Position numbers and translations under genes: made by a program | Assembly (NCBI GenBank): GCA_002269645.1 | Contig: NIVC01001580.1 | Span: 1 to 64,000 of the forward strand | Length of the DNA stretch: 64,000 nt | Origin: Macrostomum lignano | Lineage: Eukaryota | Reading direction: 5' to 3' | Part shown: positions 52,208-64,000 of the stretch, one piece after another | How the letters are laid out: each line of letters begins with the position of its first letter | Position numbering within the stretch: position 1 is the stretch's first letter | Notes under the pieces: generated by a model | Told to the model about the DNA's origin: nothing | What the model saw: the letters and a program-made list of their open reading frames with translations, nothing else | Databases searched by the model: none

Positions 52208-55040
52208 GTTCACACAACAGCCTCTCTTCTCCAAAGCAATGTACACTCGTGACTGGATGGTTGTTCACACAACAGCCTCTCTTCTTCAAAGCAATGTACA
52301 CTCGTGACTGGATGGTTGTTCACACAACAGCCTCTCTTCTCCAAAGCAATGTACACTCGTGACTGGATCGTTGTTCACACATCAGCCTCTCTTCTCCAAA
52401 GCAATGTACACTCGTGACTGGATGGTTGTTCACACAACAGCCTCTCTTCTCCAAAGCAATGTACACTCGTGACTGGATGGTTGTTCACACAACAGCCTCT
52501 CTTCTCCAAAGCAATGTACACTCGTGACTGGATCGTTGTTCACACAACAGCCTCTCTTCTCCAAAGCAATGTACACTCGTGACTGGATGGTTGTTCACAC
52601 AACAGCCTCTCTTCTCCAAAGCAATGTACACTCGTGACTGGATCGTTGTTCACACATCAGCCTCTCTTCTCCAAAGCAATGTACACTCGTGACTGGATCG
52701 TTGTTCACACATCAGCCTCTCTTCTCCAAAGCAATGTACACTCGTGACTGGATGGTTGTTCACACATCAGCCTCTCTTCTCCAAAGCAATGTACACTCGT
52801 GACTGGATGGTTGTTCACACAACAGCCTCTCTTCTCCAAAGCAATGTACACTCGTGACTGGATGGTTGTTCACACATCAGCCTCTCTTCTCCAAAGCAAT
52901 GTACACTCGTGACTGGATCGTTGTTCACACATCAGCCTCTCTTCTCCAAAGCAATGTACACTCGTGACTGGATGGTTGTTCACACAACAGCCTCTCTTCT
53001 TCAAAGCAATGTACACTCGTGACTGGATGGTTGTTCACACATCAGCCTCTCTTCTCCAAAGCAATGTACACTCATGACTGGATGGTTGTTCACACATCAG
53101 CCTCTCTTCTCCAAAGCAATGTACACTCGTGACTGGATGGTTGTTCACACAACAGCCTCTCTTCTCCAAAGCAATGTATACTCGTGACTGGATGGTTGTT
53201 CACACAACAGCCTCTCTTCTCCAAAGCAATGTACACTCGTGACTGGATGGTTGTTCACACAACAGCCTCTCTTCTCCAAAGCAATGTACACTCGTGACTG
53301 GATGGTTGTTCACACAACAGCCTCTCTTCTCCAAAGCAATGTACACTCGTGACTGGATCGTTGTTCACACATCAGCCTCTCTTCTCCAAAGCAATGTACA
53401 CTCGTGACTGGATGGTTGTTCACACAACAGCCTCTCTTCTCCAAAGCAATGTACACTCGTGACTGGATGGTTGTTCACACATCAGCCTCTCTTCTCCAAA
53501 GCAATGTACACTCGTGACTGGATGGTTGTTCACACAACAGCCTCTCTTCTCCAAAGCAATGTACACTCGTAACTGGATGGTTGTTCACACATCAGCCTCT
53601 CTTCTCCAAAGCAATGTACACTCGTGACTGGATCGTTGTTCACACATCAGCCTCTCTTCTCCAAAGCAATGTACACTCGTGACTGGATGGTTGTTCACAC
53701 AACAGCCTCTCTTCTCCAAAGCAATGTACACTCGTGACTGGATCGTTGTTCACACATCAGCCTCTCTTCTCCAAAGCAATGTACACTCGTGACTGGATGG
53801 TTGTTCACACATCAGCCTCTCTTCTCCAAAGCAATGTACACTCGTGACTGGATGGTTGTTCACACAACAGCCTCTCTTCTCCAAAGCAATGTACACTCGT
53901 GACTGGATGGTTGTTCACACATCAGCCTCTCTTCTCCAAAGCAATGTACACTCGTGACTGGATGGTTGTTCACACAACAGCCTCTCTTCTCCAAAGCAAT
54001 GTACACTCGTGACTGGATGGTTGTTCACACAACAGCCTCTCTTCTCCAAAGCAATGTACACTCGTGACTGGATGGTTGTTCACACATCAGCCTCTCTTCT
54101 CCAAAGCAATGTAGACTCGTGACTGGATGGTTGTTCACACATCAGCCTCTCTTCTCCAAAGCAATGTACACTCGTGACTGGATGGTTGTTCACACATCAG
54201 CCTCTCTTCTCCAAAGCAATGTACACTCGTGACTGGATGGTTGTTCACACAACAGCCTCTCTTCTCCAAAGCAATGTACACTCGTGACTGGATCGTTGTT
54301 CACACATCAGCCTCTCTTCTCCAAAGCAATGTACACTCGTGACTGGATGGTTGTTCACACATCAGCCTCTCTTCTCCAAAGCAATGTACACTCGTGACTG
54401 GATGGTTGTTCACACAACAGCCTCTCTTCTCCAAAGCAATGTACACTCGTGACTGGATGGTTGTTCACACATCAGCCTCTCTTCTCCAAAGCAATGTACA
54501 CTCGTGACTGGATGGTTGTTCACACAACAGCCTCTCTTCTCCAAAGCAATGTACACTCGTGACTGGATGGTTGTTCACACAACAGCCTCTCTTCTCCAAA
54601 GCAATGTACACTCGTGACTGGATGGTTGTTCACACATCAGCCTCTCTTCTCCAAAGCAATGTAGACTCGTGACTGGATGGTTGTTCACACATCAGCCTCT
54701 CTTCTCCAAAGCAATGTACACTCGTGACTGGATGGTTGTTCACACATCAGCCTCTCTTCTCCAAAGCAATGTACACTCGTGACTGGATGGTTGTTCACAC
54801 AACAGCCTCTCTTCTCCAAAGCAATGTACACTCGTGACTGGATGGTTGTTCACACATCAGCCTCTCTTCTCCAAAGCAATGTACACTCGTGACTGGATGG
54901 TTGTTCACACATCAGCCTCTCTTCTCCAAAGCAATGTACACTCGTGACTGGATGGTTGTTCACACAACAGCCTCTCTTCTCCAAAGCAATGTACACTCGT
55001 GACTGGATCGTTGTTCACACCCCAGCCTCTCTTCTCTAAG
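52208..55040. repeat. 55-bp satellite array 2, about 51 units
   Basis: Direct. Confidence 0.99.
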
Positions 55041-55606
55041 ACAATTGGCACTCATCAGCTAAGACGGTCGGTCCTAAAGAATATCAATAAATAAATAAAT
55101 AAATATCGTGTCATTTTTAACATAGTTAGCATCATTGGAAGAAGCAGTTTTTGAATTAAGTCGAGCTGAAGTGAGCTCTAAAGTATTAATTAACTCGTGA
55201 AAAAAAGTGTGCAAAACATTACAACCACTTATAGGGTACATAAATATGCGTTGTTAGGCTGCTATAATTGCTATGCATATGTTTAACAAGTTGGTCGAAC
55301 ACGAAGACTGCAATAACGTTAGAGAAGGAAAAATTGGGATCGCTAGAAAAAAAACGCCTGGACAAAACTGGGATGGGATAAAAATCCCCTCAGACCCTGC
55401 GTGTGTCAGCCCCGGTGTCAGTCACCCTTGATGAGGGAGCCGATGGAGCCTGGGATGCGCTGGCCCACGAGAGGGAGAGCAGACGCCTTCCAGATCTCCG
55501 ATGAAAAGGGGAACGCCTTTCATTAGAACTAGCGAGATGCAGTAATAATTGCTGCTAGCAATGCATTGCTTTGCAGGTGAGTCACGCAGCCTTAAAGCAA
55601 ATGGCA

Positions 55607-58540
<2,934 letters not shown>

Positions 58541-58998
58541 CTGAATTGTGTGATGAATTCACATGCGCGGACTTGCTAATTATTTCACTGACTATTACAT
58601 CTATGGAAGAAAAAGTATCAAGGCACTCCGCATAGGCTGCTACGCTACGCAATGCTAGTTTAGAAAAACAAAAAATTAAATTTTAGTTGTATGGCTGCAA
58701 ATTATAGTCAATTTCAGATAGCCGTATCTCCAAGCCAGAAGTTGCAGTCTTAGAAAGAACAAAATTTCAAGCAACCTGCCGAAAATTTATCATTTCACGC
58801 GCAGTTAATGTGTCCAATCGGCGTTTGCTGATTGGTTGTAAACACCCAGCCCAAGTCCACCCCCCTCTGCACTGCACCCCTCCGCCGTGAGGCTTTTATC
58901 ACCTAGCTTTTACTCAGCCTGCCTCACCTTTCTCGCGCGCTGCATGAAATTTTTTTATCGTACGGAGTGGCGTGAGTGCTGCCTAGGCTGCAACTGCA

Positions 58999-60071
58999 AT
59001 GGCCAAGATTTCAATTGACCAAATGACTGCAAGGCAGCTTAGAGACCGTCTGCGCCAACTGGGACTGCCAAGTGGCGGTAGCAAGCGAGAGTTGCAAGTC
59101 AGACTGGAACAAGCCAGTTTCTCAAATCAAGCCAAGCGACGTGGACGGCCAACAGCCACTCACTCGAGCGAAATCGACCGAGTCAGCACCAGCAGCAGCG
59201 ACGACGATGAGGAAGCGACCCTGGACGAGGCTGGCGCCCCGCAGGGCACCGACGATCTGGACCAGAGGATCGCCCGCCAAGAGAAGCTGCTTCGGCTGAG
59301 GACTCTTCAACGTCAGACTGCTGAGATCAAGGCTGAGCTGGAGAACAAGCCTTGCCAACAGAGCCGTAAGTTGCGGAGCCCCTTGCCGATTGACCGGTCT
59401 CCTGCTGCCTATGAGCCGGAGCTGGGACTGCCAGACCTGAGCCCTCAAGGCCTCTACAGCACTTCTGCCAGGCCGTCGGGACCGTCAAAGCCCCTTCTGG
59501 TAAAGGACTTTATCAACCGTGATGGCGAGGAGCCTGCCTCTGGCGAGAAGTCCAGGGTCCGGACTAAGCAGATCTCGGCGGGTCAGTGGGTAGCAGGCAG
59601 CAACCGAATCCTGCTGAAACTCCTCGACGAGGGGTCCTTGGTCACCGTTAAGGATGGCGCGGTGGATCTTGAACAGCTGAAGGCCTACGTTCGCTACTGT
59701 GTGCAGTTCGGCGAGTTTATGCACCAGGGTTTCAGTCAGGCCGCCCTCAACTGTTACGATGAAGACTTCAGGATGCTGCAACACCAGTCGAGCGGCAGCT
59801 GGGAGCGGGAGTCGCTGCAGCTGCTATCCAAGCACATTCTGGCACCAAAGTCAATCAGGGCGGCAACGCGATCTCCCAGCGCACCAACTTCAAGCCCAGT
59901 AGGCCAAAGCAGCAGCCGTCCGGTTTCGTCGGCCCGATCGATCCTGAGGGGCGGGAGCTGTGCGTGAAGTTCAACCGCAACGGCTGCCTACGGCGCGACT
60001 GCAAGTTCAGGCACGTCTGCTCCGCCTGCTACGAGGCGCACCCGCGCCAGTTCTGCACTTCAAAAAACTAG
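58999..60071 (+). CDS. Gag-like ORF1: N-terminal SAP-like motif, C-terminal Cys/His finger in the -1 frame (shift between 59830 and 59940)
   Basis: QMTARQLRDRLRQLGLPSGGSKRELQVRLEQ; ELCVKFNRNGCLRRDCKFRHVCSACYEAHPRQFC ends TAG 60069-60071. Confidence 0.8.
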
Positions 60072-61680
60072 ATCGCGGCCGGCCGGGGGCCTCAACTGGC
60101 AGCGCAGCTGCCCCGGCGGAAGCCAAAGTCGAACCCCCGCTGCCCCCGGCTGGCCCTGTCCCAAGCCCCTCGAGTCCGTCGCTTTTTCATCCGACCTCGC
60201 CACAGCCGCCTGGGAAGCTGAGCTGACTGACGATCCTGACCGCGAATTCCTGCTGAATGGCATCCGCAACGGTTTCCAACTCACCTGCCCTGACCCGTCA
60301 GAAAGAGCCTCAACTATGTCAGAAATCCAGAACTACGTATTAGTCAACAGTTACCGGCAGCTGGTCGAGCAGCAGGTGCGAGAGGAAATCCTTAATGGCC
60401 GCTACGTTCAAGTCAGTGACAAACCGGAGGTCATCAGCGCCCTTGGCGCCATTCCGAAGGGCAACAACAAGATTCGACTCATCCACGACTTCTCTAACCC
60501 TCCGGGTCTCTCCCTAAACAGCCGATTTTCTTCCGACCACAGAATCAAGTTCGAGACCGTCAGTCACTTCACCGCCAAGCTGCAGCCCGGTTGGTTCATG
60601 GCCAAAGTCGACCTCGCCAATGCCTACCGAAGTGTCGGCATCAGCCCGCACAATTTTCGGCTCACCGGCTTGAAGTGGAAATTCAGCGACCAGCGCAGCG
60701 ATTCGTACATCTGCGACACGCGGCTCCCCTTTGGCGCTGCTGCCTCCGTAGAAGTTTTCCACCGCCTGAGCCAGGCTGTCAAGCGCATGATGCAGAGACG
60801 GGGCTTCAACGATATTGGCAGTTATCTCGACGACTTCGCCATAGCAGCCTCCAGCAAGGACGACTGCCAGCTCGCTCTCGACACCCTGCTCAATCTGCTG
60901 CAGAAGCTTGGCTTCTCCATCAACTGGAGCAAGGTGGTGGCGCCGTGCACCAGACTGGTCTACCTGGGCGTCCTCATCGACACCGTCAGCGGCCTGCTGG
61001 AGCTTCCGAAGGACAAGCTCAACGCCACCAAGTCTCAGCTGTAGTCCGCGCTCTCTCGCAAGCGCATCACCAAGCGCCAACTCCAATCGCTCTGTGGCCG
61101 CATCAACTGGGTCTGCCAGGTGGTCCGCATCGGGAGGTGCTTCCTGAGACCACTCCTGCTCGAACTCAGCGACCTGAAGCAGCAGCGGCACAAACTGCGC
61201 GTGCACAATGATCTCCGCGAGATCCTAAGCTGGTGGGACGCCTGCCTGGCCGCCTCCCCCAGCTGCAAAATCTAGCGTTCTAACAGGCCCAGCTGGGCCA
61301 TCGAGTCCGACGCGTCCAACTGGGGCGGCTGCGGCATCATCCGCGGCCCAGACATCACAAGCTGGCTCATCATGGACTGGCACCGCGACTCAACCGAGAT
61401 CGAGCCGCTGCACATCAACTTCAAGGAAAGTCTCGCGCCAGTGCTTACGGCTCTGCATTTCCAGCAGCAGCTGCAACCGGGCAGCCAGCTTGTGATCTAC
61501 TCTGACAGCACCGCCGCAGTCGGCGCCATCAACAAGGGCTCGTCGCCAAATCGGGTCGTCAACTCGGCTCTGCAACAGCTGATGCTCCTCGCTGCGCACA
61601 GCGACCTCTCCGTCCAGGCCTTCCACGTCCCTGGGACATTCCAGATCTTCGCTGATAGTGGCAGCCGAGCCGATGACATC
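59968..61680 (+). pseudogene. RT-RNase H frame with two in-frame TAG stops (61042 and about 61272)
   Basis: AWEAELTDDPDREFLLNGIRNGF, RLIHDFS, KVDLANAYR, RLPFG, SYLDDF; IESDAS, HINFKE, IYSDS, HVPG...AD..SR all in one frame. Confidence 0.9.
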
Positions 61681-61745
61681 AGCGAGCTGACAAACTTCCT
61701 GCTCCAGCTCTTTGGCTCTGCTCACGTTGACCTTAGCAACTATAG

Positions 61746-62789
61746 CGAGCACACCCTCTCGCCAGCCACCTGCAAATTTCTCGCCCTACAGATCGCCCGC
61801 CTCAAGTCCCGAGCGCGAACTTCAGCAAGCGCTACCGCGAGCTCTGCCACCTGGCCTTCGCTGAGACAACCGCGCGCTCTTACCGCTGCCAGATCGACTC
61901 CTGGAAGCGGTTCTGCAAGCAGATGCGCATCGACAGCACCAGACCGTCTCTGCAGCAGGTCGCGCACTACATCATCGCGCTGTCCGACCGCCTCTCCTCG
62001 CATGCCAGCGTCGATGCATACATTAACGCCGCAGACCTGCACTGCAAGCTCAAGACCGGCCGCGGCCTTCCTCGCGACCCCCGCATCGACCTGCTCCTCC
62101 GCGGTGTCCAGCGCAAACTCGCCAAGCCACCGGCGCGCAAGGCGCCCATCACTCCGGGTGACCTCCTCAAACCGCGAGGAACCCTGCGCCTGCAGCAGCC
62201 TCAAGATGCAGCCTTCTGGGCGGCGGTCCTGGTCGGATTCTGGGGCCTCCTGCGCCGCGCCAATCTGTGCTGCTCGAAACCGTTCCCACCAGCCGGCGAG
62301 GCGGTCACCTGCGGCGACCTGCAAGTATCACCGGATCTGGCCATCCTGCACATTCGGCGTTCCAAGACGAACCAGTTCCGCCAGCGAGTGCACCGCGTTG
62401 TCCTGCCGCGCCTCCGGCACGCGGTGCAGCACCCGCTCTGCCCGGTGGCAGCGCTGCTTCACCACCTGCGCATCAACCAGCCCGACCGCGCCGCTGCTGC
62501 CCACCTCTTCGCCTACCGAAGCAGCGGCGGCCTGACGCCTCTGACCGGCACCCGGTTCTGTCGCCTGTTTCAGCACGTCGTCCACCGTGCCGGCCTGGCA
62601 GACCGGTCTCTGTCCCCTCACAGCCTTCGACGCGGCGGCGCCTCGCTGGCGTTCCGCGCCGGTGTGCCGCTGCCGGTCGTCAAGGCACTGGGCGACTGGC
62701 GGAGCTCGGCAGTTGAGGTGTACCTGGGGCTGGAGAAGGGCTTCGATCTCCAGCTGGCGGCTGTTCGCAAACTGTCAAACTGCCTATAA
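61746..62789 (+). CDS. Tyrosine recombinase, apparently intact (start codon not defined; frame open from 61746)
   Basis: N-terminal AFAETTARSY...WKRFC; catalytic LLRRAN (R), RSKTNQ (K), HSLRRGG (HxxR), GDWRSSAVEVY (W, Y). Confidence 0.9.
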   Translation, partial: RAHPLASHLQISRPTDRPPQVPSANFSKRYRELCHLAFAETTARSYRCQIDSWKRFCKQMRIDSTRPSLQQVAHYIIALSDRLSSHASVDAYINAADLHCKLKTGRGLPRDPRIDLLLRGVQRKLAKPPARKAPITPGDLLKPRGTLRLQQPQDAAFWAAVLVGFWGLLRRANLCCSKPFPPAGEAVTCGDLQVSPDLAILHIRRSKTNQFRQRVHRVVLPRLRHAVQHPLCPVAALLHHLRINQPDRAAAAHLFAYRSSGGLTPLTGTRFCRLFQHVVHRAGLADRSLSPHSLRRGGASLAFRAGVPLPVVKALGDWRSSAVEVYLGLEKGFDLQLAAVRKLSNCL

Positions 62790-63772
62790 GTTTTTCGTTT
62801 GCCTGCTCTGGGTTGAAGCTGGTGTGCTGTCTGCTTTCTTTTTCCTCTGGCTTGGACTCAAATGCTCTGATTTTTTTTTCTTCTCAACTTCTTGCACTTT
62901 TTCTTATTTCGTATTTTATTTTTTTGCAATGATGACTGTTGTTTTATCGATTAAGTGCTGTTTTAATGACTGTTAATTTTATTTTGCTTGCAAGCGTGTC
63001 CCAGCATCCTGCGTGCCCCCCGTTTTTCTTTCACTATTTTCCCATCATTTTTCGGATTTTGGACCGTCGTATCCACTCGCACTGTACTCAATTCTCGCAA
63101 ACACTCGCGTCCGTCTTCCCTTCCCTTGGGGTGTGGTGTTTACCAGAATTATGAGCACTTAAATCTTAGGTGCAATGCTAACAAGTGAGCCTTCTAATAG
63201 TTTAACAAAATGGGTGTTGCGTCCAGATTACTTCTAGCGGTCCTTGTGCTGCCTACGCACTTTACCCGACTCACTATTGTAAGCTGGAGAAAATAGCTAA
63301 CGCATTTGAAAGAATTTCATCTCGTCGCTTCTTGGGCATCACAGCATCATGCCAAGGTGAAGCGCGCGACCATCTCTTTTTTCTTCTGTCTCCACTCCAT
63401 CTCTCTCCACTCCAGCCCAAAAATAAACTGTACACCTATTCCAAGCTCAAACAGAATTAGTGCACTTACTTTGGCGCTCTCATTGCGGTATTAAATATGC
63501 TAAGAAGCCGGGATATTCCACACAGGATGCCGCGAATTTACGAGTTCGGAAATCCAAGATATCCGGCCTGAACAAAACCGGGAAACCTAACGTTTTTGTG
63601 AGTGGCAAAGATTTCGCTTTCGTCCCTCTTGCATATCCCTGAATTAAAACTGCATTATTGAATATATATACAGGTGAATTCACAGCAGTGTGTGTGCAAT
63701 AAGCAGTGGCTACCGCACTGCTCAAGAAGCATTCTATCTGGAAAATACAATACTCTAAAATTGCTGCCCAAC

Positions 63773-64000
63773 ATGAGCAATTATAACAAGCTCGCCATCG
63801 GACTGGTTGTTCTCGCCCTGAGCCTGATTGCAGCCGCTGACTGGGCAGGTGAGAGCTAATAAGAAGGTCCCGCATTTCCAAGAGTATTATCTTCTTTGAA
63901 CCTGGTACCTCACAGATAGCTTTGTGCAAGCCTCTGATACCGCTTTGAACCGATTTCAGACCAGCCAGCTTCAGACAAGCCAGCTTCAGACAAGCCAGCT
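63773..64000 (+). CDS. PAN/C-type lectin paralog: exon 1 (63773-63848) and start of exon 2 (63960 to window edge)
   Basis: Identical signal peptide exon and splice sites to 30329-30404 / 30515. Confidence 0.85.

Larger units (their letters stand above)
58814..63145 (+). mobile_element. Near-complete DIRS-order (tyrosine recombinase) retrotransposon, 4.3 kb, no methyltransferase domain seen
   Basis: gag, RT-RNase H and YR frames; absent from paralogous site 29691-29710 (agttaat ccagaatt); CCA at both ends. Confidence 0.93.

Noticed and set aside
40225-55040. CRISPR array
   Set aside because: Contiguous 55-bp units with no unique spacers, no cas genes, eukaryotic context.
60514-62324. Long antisense ORFs over RT and YR
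   Set aside because: Expected shadows of GC-rich coding sequence; no motifs.

Overview
Eukaryotic (invertebrate metazoan) genomic DNA; a Macrostomum-type flatworm is a guess, not established. No prokaryotic features. Content in order: (1) the last two exons of SF3B1 (+), carrying two 1-nt deletions and a 38-bp in-frame micro-inversion; (2) several minisatellites, an hAT MITE, interstitial TTAGGG repeats and orphan KDM3/JmjC exon remnants; (3) a 2.4-kb inverted duplication with a 219-bp hairpin at one junction; (4) a divergent gene pair, tensin-like SH2-PTB (-) and secreted PAN/C-type lectin (+), present twice plus one extra terminal exon, each copy abutting a 55-bp satellite (about 4, 173 and 51 units); (5) a nested transposon stack (LINE RNase H fragment, decayed tyrosine-recombinase retrotransposon, internally deleted Gypsy LTR element, RTE fragment); (6) a 273-bp tandem array sitting in a (GATA)n tract; (7) a near-complete 4.3-kb tyrosine-recombinase (DIRS-order) retrotransposon whose empty site is visible in the paralogous copy. 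The most novel-looking item is the terminal architecture of element (7): no long inverted or split direct repeats, but a short internal complementary region about 10 nt from the 5' end that pairs with both termini, with CCA at both ends. All coordinates and alignments were derived by eye.
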